Notes under the pieces: model-generated | Told to the model about the DNA's origin: nothing | Database searches by the model: none | Seen by the model: only the letters and a program-made list of their open reading frames with translations | Program-made: the position numbers and the translations under genes | Source of the DNA: Eledone cirrhosa | Lineage: Eukaryota | Length of the DNA: 64,000 nt | NCBI GenBank assembly: GCA_964016885.1 | Contig: OZ024763.1 | Location: forward strand, 10,230,001-10,294,000 | Direction of reading: 5' to 3' | Shown here: one piece after another, positions 1 to 11,861 of the stretch | Position numbering within the stretch: the stretch's first letter is position 1 | How the letters are laid out: each line of letters begins with the position of its first letter

Positions 1-312
1 GTCGCCCTCCCCACCACACATGTAGACCAGGTCCAGACACAGAGGAACCAAACTCCCACTGTCATCACTTCCGTCTCTGTCGCCCTCCCCACCACAATGT
101 AGACCAGGTCCAGACACAGAGGAACCAAACTCCCACTGTCATCACTTCCGTCTCTGTCGCCCTCCCCACCACACATGTAGACCAGGTCCAGACACAGAGG
201 AACCAAACTCCCACTGTCATCACTTCCGTCTCTCTCGCCCTCCCCACCACACATGTAGACCAGGTCCGGACACAGAGGAACCAAACTCCCACTGTCATCA
301 CTTCCGTCTCTC
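1..312. repeat. Minisatellite, ~80-bp unit, ~4 copies (truncated by window start)
   Basis: Repeated gtcgccctccccaccacacatgtagaccaggtccagacacagaggaaccaaactcccactgtcatcacttccgtctct. Confidence 0.9.
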
Positions 313-765
313 TTACCGAGGTGTCAGGGGATGCCTGTGAGGATGCCAGGTTATATCAGTCCCTTAGCCTCGCCATCACCTCACCTTACCGAGGTGTCAG
401 GGCATGTCTATGAGGGTGCCAGGTTATTTCAGCCCCTTAGCCTCGCCATCACCCGTGGTAGTGCCGCCAGTGTATTGGCTTGTCTCAAAGTGTTTAGTTA
501 ACTCTTATGATGGGATATGCGGCTGATTGTCGCAATTGCTGGTGAGTTGATGGTCGTGTTTGTTTTTGTTTCCCCCTTTTTCTTTTTTTTCTCTCTTTTA
601 TGTGTTTATATTTGTATTTATCGAACTACATTATAGTTGTAATGTTCTTCTGAACGAATTGCGACCAAGTTATAATGTTATTTATTCATTTATATATATA
701 TATATATAAATGAAGTATTTCTGTTGGAAAGGTACAGGAAAAAATTTAATAAAAACACTATGTTA

Positions 766-823
766 TTCATTCTGATGACTGAAGACAGACACATCTGCCT
801 TCAAGAAACCACTGGTAAATGAA
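766..823 (+). ncRNA. Type I hammerhead ribozyme motif (family A small element, ~705-855, between (TA)n tracts)
   Basis: ttcatt-CTGATGA-[tgaagacaga/tctgccttca stem II]-GAAAC-cactg-GTA-aatgaa; stem I ttcatt/aatgaa; short quasi-palindromic stem III. Confidence 0.75.
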
Positions 824-853
824 ATAATTATCTTATGCTGTTTATTACATAAT

Positions 854-937
<84 letters not shown>

Positions 938-1067
938 TATACTCGAGTCTTCTTAAATTTATATTATTATTTACGTATTTGTAATGTTATTTATACAACT
1001 GTGAATAAAAGATATACTGAATGAAAGTATTATCATAATGCTTTGGAAAACTGCCTCAAAACTCAAT

Positions 1068-2645
1068 ATCATCATCATCATCATTTTACGACTGCTCTTC
1101 CATGCTTACATAGGTTGGACTGGACCTTCTCAGTACTTGTCGTGTTTCTTTGTCATCTCTGCGAGCTTCAGCAATTTGAGATCAGCTCTGACCACTTCTA
1201 TCCAGATCTTCCTTGGTCTTCCTCTACTGTGGCTTCCTTCTACTGGGATTACTTGGCATTTCTTCACCCAGCAATCATAGTTTCCTCACCTGCACACTAC
1301 ATCTGATTCTTCTTAGACCTAGTTTCTCTCTCAATTCATCCACATTAATATTGCACATCTACTGAAACAAGTTTGCTTCATTTCTCTCCAACCTCCATAT
1401 ATCCTCTACATTCACTACCTTGTCTCACTATCATCCAGCATCACACTTCACACACAGGTGTCATATAGCAGCTCTCTAAACTTCTTCCCTCCTATTCTTA
1501 TTCTGGCTATTATGCTCTCAGAAAGAACATCCTCCTCCACTGCTAATTATATCACCTAGATAGCAGAAGCTATCAACCACTTCTATGGATTCTTCCTGAG
1601 ATTGGAAAAGGTTTATGTTTTATTTTATTATTAGCACCCTTACTATCAATTATTTCTTCTTCCCCCTTTCCTGTAAGTCTGCCTGTTATCCCACTACACC
1701 TTCTATGTACCCAATATTTGTATTGTGTGCATCATATAAAGTTTATGCCTACTCCTTTTCTACATATTGAGCAAGGCCACTTCTCTGATGAGATCAGTGC
1801 CTTATCTTCTTTCCTATCTACTGACATTTTGGCTTTTGCTAACTTTACTCTAAGCCTTTTTTATTCTGTTTCCACAGTCAGAATTTATTCTCTAGTTCTT
1901 TCACAGATTCAGCTATGAGGACCAGATCATCAACATACAGAAGTTCCCATGGGCAACCAGTCTTAAACTCCTCTCTATTAGCCTGGAGGACGAGGATAAA
2001 CAGAAGTGGGTTAAGGACTGAGCCCTGATACATTCCTACCTGTACCTTGAATTCCTCACTTAACTCATTACCTCCTCTCACTTTACTGACAGCTCTTCTG
2101 TACATAGCTTGCACTGCTCTCACAAGCCACTCTTTTGCACCTTAAAGACCACCTGATTACAGGTCAGGGTACTCTGTCTAAGGCTTTCTCTAGATCAACA
2201 AAAGCTAGATATAGCAGCTTACTCTTAGCTAGGAATTTCTCTTGTAGTTGTCTTACAAAAAAAGGGGCCATCTGTGGTGCTCCTCCCTAGCATAAAATCA
2301 AACTCCATCTCATCTAATTTGACTCTTTCCCTAATTTATTGTCTTTATGTCACTTTCATAACTTGGTCTATTAGTTTTATTCCTCTATAGTTGCTCCTTT
2401 CTAGAGTATCACCTTTTCCCTTGTAGCAATTAATGATTGTATTGCTGCACCTATCATTGGGTATGGCCCCATCCTGTATTATCTGATTCACTATGTCAGT
2501 GACTCACCTCCTACTTCCCTAGATGCTATCACCATCTCAGCAACTATCTCAGAAGGTCCAGCAGCTTCACCACTTTTCATCACCTTTGTTGCTTCTTTGA
2601 CACTATAACTGTCAACTGTGATAGTTGGTCCCTCTGTTGGACCAG
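1068..2645 (-). mobile_element. Degenerate RTE-clade LINE (RT region to 3' end with (GAT)n tail)
   Basis: Minus-strand RT motifs FVDLEKA, VGMYQGSVLNPLLF, PWELLYVDDLVL; frameshifts and stops; tgatgatgat tail near 1068-1085. Confidence 0.88.
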
Positions 2646-2689
2646 TTGGGACACTATAACTGTCAACTATCAACTGTGATAGTTGGTCC

Positions 2690-3690
2690 CTATCGGGAAA
2701 ATCTTCTTTAGGCTCATCGAAAAACACTTCCCACTACAACACCGCTACCACAACATAATCAACAAAAATACCATCAAACTCTCCTACAGCACCACAACTA
2801 ACTTTGCACAAAACATCGTCTCCTCTGACAACAAAAAACTCAACCCCTATGGAAGAAATATCCTAGATAGGAGTGGAGAGCCGACCAGGTGTAACTGTCC
2901 TGTTGGATCCATTTGCCCCCTCGACAACAGATGCAGAGATCGTAATGTAATCTACCAGTGCAATGTGAGGACGGACACCTCCAACAAAGCTTATATTGGA
3001 TTAACCGCTTGTGACTTCAAGACCCGGCTATATCAACACAGACACACTTTCCGAAACCCGGCCCGGTGTTACGCCACCACACTTTCGGGCCACCTCAAAG
3101 ATAACAATATTACCTATGATCTCACTTGGAGCTGACTGTCCAGAGCCAACTCTTACACGGGAGGACGCCGTCCGTGTAACTTATGCTCGGAGGAAACATT
3201 ACAAATGCTGTTTTCGACGGACCAACTCCTAAACAAGAAAGACGAACTAGTAACTGCATGCAAACACAGATTGTGTAGGACTTACCTTGCCCTCAAACCC
3301 TAAAATGACCCGGGGGGGGGGGGTAGACAAGAGCTGTAACACCCCACTTGCCGACTTTGTAATTGATAACCCCTGCTTGCAAAGGTAGACGTAAGATTTT
3401 CTTTTATATCTTTTTATCGTTTCCTCTATATTTCCTTCTTCCCCCCATCCCCATCCCTTTCTATTCCTTCCACCCCAGTTCTCCTTCTTTGTCGTCATCC
3501 TTTTCACTTTCTCGCGCACCCCGAAGCAGCCCTTCAATCCTTTGTAGCCTCAGTACCCCCACCCCATCCCCTATTCTATGATAGAATTGGCCGACTCCGC
3601 TTTTTATAGCAGATGTGATAGACCCCAGATACTTGCTTTCTTATCCGATGGCTGCCCCATTTCCGTGCTTTCTACATTTCTTAGTGGTAG
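2690..3690 (+). mobile_element. 5'-truncated Penelope-like retroelement: linker, GIY-YIG endonuclease (internal stop) and 3' UTR
   Basis: ORF 2683..3135 with NTIKLSYS, CNC...CPLDNRC, NVIYQC...YIGLT..FKTRLYQH; after a TGA it continues PCNLCSEE...LLNKKDELVTACKHR. Confidence 0.88.
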
Positions 3691-4740
3691 ACACTATATA
3701 GACACACTATATATATAGACACTGTATATATATATATATAGACACTATATATATATAGACACTGTATATATATATATAGACACTATATATATATAGACAC
3801 TGTATATATATATATAGACACTATATATATATAGACACTATATATATATAGACACTATATATATATAGACACTGTATATATATATATAGACACTATATAT
3901 ATATAGACACTGTATATATATATATAGACACTATATATATATAGACACTATATATATAGAGAGAGACTATATATATATATATATATATACACTATATATA
4001 TATATATATAGACACTGTATATATATATATATAGACACTATATATATATAGACACTATATATACATATATAGACACTATATATATACATATATAGACACT
4101 ATATATATACATATATAGACACTATATATATACATATATAGACACTATATATATACATATATAGACACTATATATATATAGACACTATATATATACATAT
4201 ATAGACACTATATATATAGACACTATATATATACATATATAGACACTATATATATACATATATAGACACTATATATAGACACTATATATATACATATATA
4301 CACACTATATATATAGAGAGACACTATATATACATATATAGATACTATATATACATATATAGACACTATATATACATATATAGACACTATGTATATACAT
4401 ATATATATATAGACACTATATATATATAGACACTACATATACATATATAGACACTATATATACATATATAGATACTATATATACATATATAGATACTATA
4501 TATACATATATAGACACTATATATATATAGACACTATATATACATATATAGACACTATATATACATATATAGACACTATATATATAAATATAGACACTAT
4601 ATATATATAGAGACACTATATATATATATAGACACTATATATATATATATATAGACACTATATATATATATAGACACTATATATATATATAGACACGATA
4701 TATATATATAGACACTATATATATATATAGACACTATACA
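3690..4740. repeat. Compound minisatellite [GACAC(TA)n]
   Basis: Dozens of gacac units separated by variable (TA)n/tacata runs. Confidence 0.93.
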
Positions 4741-4893
4741 GCGAATTGGCAGAGTTGTTAGAATATTGGTTAGAATACTTCATTCCAACTCTCTACTCTT
4801 TGAGGTCAACTTTGCCTTTCATCCATTCGAGGTCAATAAAAAAAGTACCAGTCTTATACTGGGTCGATTCTTCCTCTCTCTCTCTCTCTCTCA

Positions 4894-4929
<36 letters not shown>

Positions 4930-5062
4930 TCCATTCTCTTACTCTTTCTATACTTTTCTGGAGGAAATCTGCTGAGGAGATGAGCTCCACCAGATTTTAA
5001 AATGCCCCAGAAATGCTGTATGTCAATATGGCACCTTTACAACACCCCTGGAAGTTATAGGA

Positions 5063-5066
<4 letters not shown>
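4741..5066 (+). mobile_element. tRNA-derived SINE (family 1 head) with alternative 3' segment, degenerate
   Basis: tggcagagttgttag head, gtcaactttgcctttcatcc central motif, (CT)n, then a tail shared with 9848-9965. Confidence 0.6.
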
Positions 5067-5113
<47 letters not shown>

Positions 5114-5139
5114 TTTAATAAACAACATAAGGCAATTAT

Positions 5140-5198
5140 TCCATTTACCAGTGGTTTCTTAAAAGCAAAAAAATTTTGCTTTCAATCATCAGAATGAA
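5140..5198 (-). ncRNA. Type I hammerhead ribozyme motif (left arm)
   Basis: Minus strand: ttcatt-CTGATGA-ttgaaagcaaaa...ttttgcttttaa-GAAAC-cactg-GTA-aatgga. Confidence 0.75.
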
Positions 5199-5214
5199 AA
5201 AATCCTGGTCTTTT

Positions 5215-5273
5215 TTCATTCTGATGATTGAAAGCAAAATTTTTTTGCTTTTAAGAAACCACTGGTAAATGAA
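5215..5273 (+). ncRNA. Type I hammerhead ribozyme motif (right arm)
   Basis: ttcatt-CTGATGA-ttgaaagcaaaa...ttttgcttttaa-GAAAC-cactg-GTA-aatgaa; stems I and II pair fully. Confidence 0.78.
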
Positions 5274-5367
5274 ATAATTGCCTTATGTTGTTTATTAAAT
5301 AACTATATAGCTCTGTTACCTACATAGAGCACTCTTTTTTCCTGGACTTTTCCGATGGAATTACTTC

Positions 5368-5412
<45 letters not shown>

Positions 5413-5447
5413 TAATAAATGGAAACTATATTTATAAAACCATATTT

Positions 5448-5511
5448 ATTTTATTATATATATTTCAAGGGCAACCAGGGCAAATTATGGTGCACTTTCA
5501 TCAGATAAAAT
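5448..5511 (-). ncRNA. Type I hammerhead ribozyme motif (family B element ~5408-5627 between (TA)n tracts)
   Basis: Minus strand: attttat-CTGATGA-[aagtgcacca...tggttgccctt]-GAAA-tatata-TA-ataaaat; 7-bp stem I, palindromic stem III. Confidence 0.68.
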
Positions 5512-5624
5512 ACAGATTTGTTTTATAACTAAATATTGACATACCCGGAAAAAAAGACAACCTTAACGGTTGGAGCTTCCTGGATTATAAGCTTGTTGAA
5601 TCCCAACAAATTAAATATAACCTC

Positions 5625-5660
<36 letters not shown>

Positions 5661-6330
5661 AAACTGGGACGGGAAAATAAACAGAGAGGCAGTACAAACA
5701 AAAGTTTAATAGGTTCACGCTATTTCTAGATTGTACATTGGTAACCATGGTTGCTACAAACAAAAGTTTATTAGGTTCACTCTATTTGTAGATTGTACAT
5801 TGGTAACCATGGTTGCTACAACAATTTCAACAACATTCTACTGTATTTATTTCCTTTGGTTCTTAATTACAGCTTTTAATGTATTTAATAAAGTTAAAAT
5901 CTTTAGTGAAGATTGTATTTAATTTAATATTTATCATCTCTTCTTTCCACCATGTTTGACGACAGCCAAGCAATGTTATAAACCTAATTTTGATGCCATT
6001 ATCAACCAAACTTCACTTTATTTATTCAAATTCATTAATAAAATTAAAAGTTGATGAAGTTTGATCACATTCAATTCATATATTGATTACATTATCAATA
6101 AAAAAATCAATATACTGGATATAGAAAGTGAGTGGTGGTGTATATTATAGAACAAATGTGTTAACAATTTAATTAATTTAACCCCTTTGTGACTATATTT
6201 CTAATGAAATAGACTTTATTTAATTTAATTAAGGAAGAATTTTGAATGATTTACTAAAAGTATTGATTATTTCATTACTAAGATAGTTACTTAATGTAAG
6301 GTTCTTATATAAAATTATACTGGATGGCAT

Positions 6331-6520
6331 TAGGCGGTGAATTGGCAGTATCGGTAGAGGGTTGGACGCCATGCTTTCTAGCATAGTTACGTCCCTTTAC
6401 GGTTTGAGTTCAAATCTCGCTGAGGTTAACTTTGCCTTTCATCCTTACGGGGTGGATAAAATAAAGTACCAGTAATGTACTGGGTAATTGCTGGCCTTGT
6501 GCCTAAAGTAGAAACAATTA
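6331..6520 (+). mobile_element. tRNA-derived SINE, family 1
   Basis: A box tggcagtatcgg, B box gagttcaaatc, central gttaactttgcctttcatccttacgggg, 3' gctggccttgtgcctaaagtagaaac. Confidence 0.85.
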
Positions 6521-6985
6521 ATTTAAATAGGAACCCTTTAAAATGTGTGATTATGTTTCATAGAACCAGAGATGGTTTTAGCTGGGTTGATGTCAAAAGG
6601 TTAAATTTCTGCTGGTTCCAGCACAGTTTATGTTGTTTTAATATAGTTAGTCTTCCATATATTTAACTCTTTTGATTCAAACTGCCACACACCTCATCTA
6701 TGGAAGAACAAATATGTTAGAAATTCAATTTAATCCCACCTTATTCCAACCTTGTGATTGTTTTGTTTTTTCAGTCTATCTTATTTAGTCATAGTTAATC
6801 TTCCATAGATCTAAAATGTATAACTGTTTCAAAATCTATAAATTGGAACAAAGTTTTGCCACCATAAAGATGTTTCAATATTTCACAAGAATTATTGCAA
6901 ACCTCCAAGACTTCACTAAACATTAGTAAAGATATTTTAATGTGACTCAAGAATTATTGACAACTAGAATTTTTTTCCATATGCT

Positions 6986-7280
6986 GACGTGTGTGTGTAT
7001 ATATGTATGTGTGTGTATGTGTGTGTGTGTATGTGTGTGTATATATATGTGTGTATGTGTATGCATGTATGTGTGTGTGTGTATGTGTGTGTGTGTGTGT
7101 GCATACATTTATATGTATGAGTATATAAATATATACACACACACACACGCAGGTTCAAAAATACACACTCACAGACATACATTCACACAAACACACACAC
7201 ACATACATTCACTCACACATACATTTACACAAACACATACACTCCCACACAGAGTATAGTTTTACACACACACATTCACA
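6986..7280. repeat. (GT)n/(CA)n compound microsatellite
   Basis: Direct reading. Confidence 0.9.
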
Positions 7281-7552
7281 CAGGCAGCAGACGTAAAGAG
7301 AGAGGAGTAGTATGAGGCAGTCAAACTACTCCGCTCTCTTTCCATGTTGTGACAGAATCACAGAAATAGATTGTTCGAGACTAACCCCACCAACAACAAA
7401 GAACAAAAAGACATGTTAAGGCCAAGGGTTAACTGTGTGCCCCCTGTCAGGTTTCCTACATGTCACGGGGTTGTTTTTGAAGTTTTACAGTGGAGTATCC
7501 TTTCCTTTCATAGCAGACTACTTAAAACTATTCATCCTTCTATGATACTAAT

Positions 7553-7925
7553 AATAATTGTTTCTACTTTTGGCACAAGGCCAGCAATTATCCCAGTGTA
7601 TTACTGGTACTTTATTTTATCGACCCCCTTAAGGATGAAAGGCAAAGTTAACCTCGGCGGAATTTGAACTCAGATCATAAAGGGACGTAACTCTATGCTT
7701 CAAAGCATGGTGTCCGACTCTCTAAGGGCTGGATTGGCAGTATCGGTAGAGGGTCGGATGCCATGCTTTCTAGCATAGAGTTACAGCCCTTTCCATTCTG
7801 AGGAGTTCAAATCCCGCCCAGGTCAACTTTGCCTTTCATCCTCACGGGGGGGGGGGGATAAAATAAAGTACCAGTAATACACTGGCGTAATTGCTGGCCT
7901 TGTGCCAAAAGCAGAAACAATTATG
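7553..7925. mobile_element. Two family-1 SINEs back-to-back (7553-7726 minus, 7727-7925 plus)
   Basis: Both carry the B box and the central gcctttcatcc motif, in opposite orientations. Confidence 0.8.
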
Positions 7926-7977
7926 TTATGTAAAAACCTTTTGTCATGTTATGTTCCAAACACCAGCTTTAAAATCG

Positions 7978-8955
7978 GTGATGTTCGTATCTACACAACC
8001 ACCTTAACCATCACTGATGTTGACACCTATACTACCACCTTAACCATCACTGATGTTGACACCTATACTACCACCTTAACCATCACTGATGTTGACACCT
8101 ATACTACCACCTTAACCATCGCTGATGTTGACACCTATACTACCACCTTAACCATCACTGATGTTGACACCTATACTACCACCTTAACCATCACTGATGT
8201 TGACACCTATACTACCACCTTAACCATCACTGATGTTGACACCTATACTACCACCTTAACCATCGCTGATGTTGACACCTATACTACCACCTTAACCATC
8301 ACTGATGTTGACACCTATACTACCACCTTAACCATCACTGATGTTGACACCTATACTACCACCTTAACCATCACTGATGTTGACACCTATACTACCACCT
8401 TAACCATCACTGATGTTGACACCTATACTACCACCTTAACCATCACTGATGTTGACACCTATACTACCACCTTAACCATCACTGATGTTGACACCTATAC
8501 TACCACCTTAACCATCACTGATGTTGACACCTATACTACCACCTTAACCATCACTCATGTTGACACCTATACTACCACCTTAACCATCACTCATGTTGAC
8601 ACCTATACTACCATCTTAACCATCACTGATGTTGACACCTATACTACCACCTTAACCATCACTGATGTTAGTATCTACACAACCACCTTAACCATCACTC
8701 ATGTTGACACCTATACTACCACCTTAACCATCACTCATGTTGACACCTATACTACCACCTTAACCATCACTGATGTTGACACCTATACTACCACCTTAAC
8801 CATCACTGATGTTGACACCTATACTACCACCTTAACCATCACTCATGTTGACACCTATACTACCACCTTAACCATCACTCATGTTGACACCTATACTACC
8901 ATCTTAACCATCACTGATGTTGACACCTATACTACCATCTTAACCATCACAACCT
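7978..8955. repeat. Minisatellite, 36-bp unit, ~27 copies
   Basis: gatgttgacacctatactaccaccttaaccatcact repeated; explains ORF 7902..9152. Confidence 0.95.
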
Positions 8956-9627
8956 ATACTTACACACACACACACACACACACTCACACTCACACTCACA
9001 CACTCACACTCACACACTCTCACTCACTCACACACACTCACTCACTCACTCACTCACTCACTCACTCACTCACTCACTCACTCACTCACTCACTCACTCA
9101 CACACGCTCACTCACTCACACAGTCACATACAGTTGTTGTTCATGTTGCTGATTGGATCTTTATTATTATAGTTGTCATTATGATAGCGATGTTAATGTT
9201 AATAACAATTGTTTCTACTTTTGGCACAAGGCCGGCAATTACCCAGTGTATTACTGGTGTCATTACTATTTTTGTTGTTGTTATTGGGGTGTAGTTGGAA
9301 ACAAAAAAAAAGTAGCAATGTGATAGCTGAGACATATATCAGAAGGTTTATGGTCCCAAAGGTTGTTTTTTTAATATCTCTGGACTGTGTGATCTTCAGA
9401 TAATTGTCTACTATTTCATTAACTACCTTAGCGGGGTGGGGGTTCTGTTGCCCTACGTTGTGACCAATTGACACATTACTTAGTGTTAAATTAATATTTT
9501 CTCTTGTTTTGATTTTATATTTTTATGTGAAATATTTATGTAATTAAGTAATTTATGTAATTAAGTAATTTATGTAATTAAGTAATGTATATATTATTCC
9601 TGGGTATATTTTCATTCTGTAATTACA

Positions 9628-9968
9628 AGGCAGCAAATTGGCAAATTCGTTAGAATGCTGAATAAAATGCTTTGAGGCATTCGTTTCGGCTCTCTGAGTT
9701 CAAACTCTACCATGGTCAACTTTCATCCTTTCAACTTTCATGTCTTTCATCCATTCATGGTCGATAAAAAAAGTACCAGTCAAGTACTGAGGTTGATTCT
9801 TTCTCTATTTCTCTTTTTCACTTCCATTCTCTCATTATCTATCCTTCTCAGGAAGAAATCTGTATTCCTACCTGGAGAGATGGGCTCTGCCATGTTTAAA
9901 TATACTCTAGAAATGCTGTAAGTCAATACAGCTCCCTTATGACTCCCTAAGGAGTTATGGAACCATGT
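9628..9968 (+). mobile_element. Family-1 SINE with alternative 3' segment, degenerate
   Basis: ttggcaaattcgttag, gagttcaaa, tttcatccattc...gtcgataaaa; tail similar to 4958-5066. Confidence 0.6.
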
Positions 9969-11417
9969 ATGCAATTGTGAAGATGAAATTTACTAACTCC
10001 AATTCTAATTTTCTGGGTTCTTTACTTGTATGGCCTGTAATTCAAGTTAAGGTTCTGAACCTGTTAAAACATCTCAAATCATTTATAAGGTATCCACAAG
10101 TGTTTGATGTTCTTCTGTTTGTACAGTAGAGGTATGGATTTCAGCTAAATTGTTGGTGTGTTGTTTACTGCTAGATTTAGTTGACCACTCTGTCTGTCCA
10201 TCAGTGGTAATGTTGAAGCTGTTAATGAAAGTGGGACGACTATTTCCAATGGCTGGATTTGTAGTTCTATTAAATGTACTAATTTACATATAATGATATG
10301 GTTTGCTTGTCCAAATGTTTGGGGGAGCAAGTTTAACTCTGGGTGTTTGAAGTTCCACAAATATTCAACTTTTGCATAAAACCGAATAATTTAGGCCCAG
10401 ATTGTATATGTCCTTCATATAAACATTTACGGTGGTAGTTCTGTTGTATACAATGGTTGTAGTTATGAGTTGATTGAAATAATCTTGTATTTAGTCACTG
10501 ATGCTTGCATTTCATTTTCAAAGAGCTTTGTTAGTCACGCTTAGGGGTTCAGCCAGGTCAGTTGGAGACGGTTGCTTCTGACCAGACCCGCTGGAGGGAG
10601 TATTTGGGGACTCTTCCCCCACACAACCTTCTCAGGAACAAGCGGGCAAAGAAAAGAAGAAGAAAATAGACAATGGTCTTTAAAAAAGTACAACAAAAGT
10701 TTTGTCAATTAAATTTAAAGTTGTTTACAGTTTTTTCTTTCAGATTTTGTGTGTATGTGTGTGTGTATGTGTGTGTGTGTGTGTATGTGTGTGTGTGTGT
10801 GTATGTGTGTGTGTATGTGTAAATATATAGCAACATATTTATTTGGCAACAATTCAATTCTATACAGTCAAATTTCAATGGAAGTGTGTGTATGTGTACC
10901 ATACAGAACTTCCCTCCAAACACCCATTTTAATTACACAGACACACAGACATGAGAATCTTTGTTGTATCACTGGTAACAAATCTATTTCATTCCAAATT
11001 ACCACCATTTTTTCATCCTCTCTTTTCTGGTTCTCTATTTCTGGTTCTCTATTTTTGTTGTGTTCCTTTCTATTTTATTATTCCCGGCTACTGTCCTTAT
11101 TTGGTAGTCATCAGTAGCATCCTTCCTTATATCTTACAAACCTTGTTTTGATAAGTACCCCTATCAAAGGGCATCACTGACCCAGCCAATTTCTTTTCTT
11201 CAGTCACTTCCAGTCCAAGTCCTTTTCACCAAACATTCTTTTCTTTAAATCCTGCTTCAGCTCAGTTCATAACTAATAACACTCACTCCTTAACTATCTC
11301 ATCTATTTCATACTATTTCCTAAACTAGGGGTCTTATCTATAGTCATATGATAATGACCACTTTCAACCCCTCCACTCATATTACATCACTGTTGCCCCT
11401 AACTGTAAATAATTAAA

Positions 11418-11846
11418 TATAATAATAATAATAATAATGGTTTCTACTTTAGACACAAGGTCAGCAATTTGGGGGGGAGGGGAAAGTCGATTGAATTGAC
11501 CCTAGTGCATTACTGGTACTTTATTATATCGACCCCGTAAGGATGAAAGGCAAAGTTAACCTCGGCGGGATTTGAACTCAGATCATAAAGGGCCGTAACT
11601 CTATGCTGCAAAGCAGGGTGTCCGACTCTCTACCGATACTGCCAATCCACCGCCCTAATAATAATTGTTTCTACTTTTGGCACAAGACCAGCAATTACCC
11701 AGTATATTACTGGTACTTTATTTTATCGACCCCCGTAAGGATGAAAGGCAAAGTCAACCTCGGCGGGATTTGTACTCAGAACGTAAAGGGACGTAACTAT
11801 GCTAGAAAGCCTCCAACCCTCTACCGATACTGCTAATTCACTGCCC
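11418..11846 (-). mobile_element. Two head-to-tail family-1 SINEs (11418-11656, 11657-11846) with (TTA)n tails
   Basis: Two complete head/central/tail sets on the minus strand joined by a taataataa run. Confidence 0.88.
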
Positions 11847-11861
11847 TAATAATAATAATAA

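Larger units (their letters stand above)
5103..5370. mobile_element. Non-coding fold-back element (~100-bp inverted arms plus unique 3' tail), Penelope-like pLTR/retrozyme type, in (TA)n
   Basis: 5103-5201 is the near-perfect reverse complement of 5211-5309; (TA)n on both sides; related copy at 19971-20300. Confidence 0.8.

Noticed and set aside
1015-1060. Additional hammerhead-like remnants (ctgaatga..stem..ggaaaac here; also ~3362-3400, ~20350-20365 minus, ~47115-47145)
   Set aside because: Core nucleotides or stems are incomplete; cannot be distinguished from chance by eye
7902-9152. 416-aa Thr-rich mucin-like ORF
   Set aside because: Starts in a SINE tail, consists of a 36-bp tandem repeat and a (CA)n tract, and has no splice or domain support
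9199-9474. 91-aa minus-strand ORF with a hydrophobic segment
   Set aside because: Non-ATG start, ends inside a SINE fragment, no recognisable family
9990-10500. Unique-looking sequence with a 71-aa minus-strand ORF (similar cases at ~21160-21400 and ~28330-28680)
   Set aside because: Stops in all frames and no clean splice signals; probably very old LINE debris that I cannot classify
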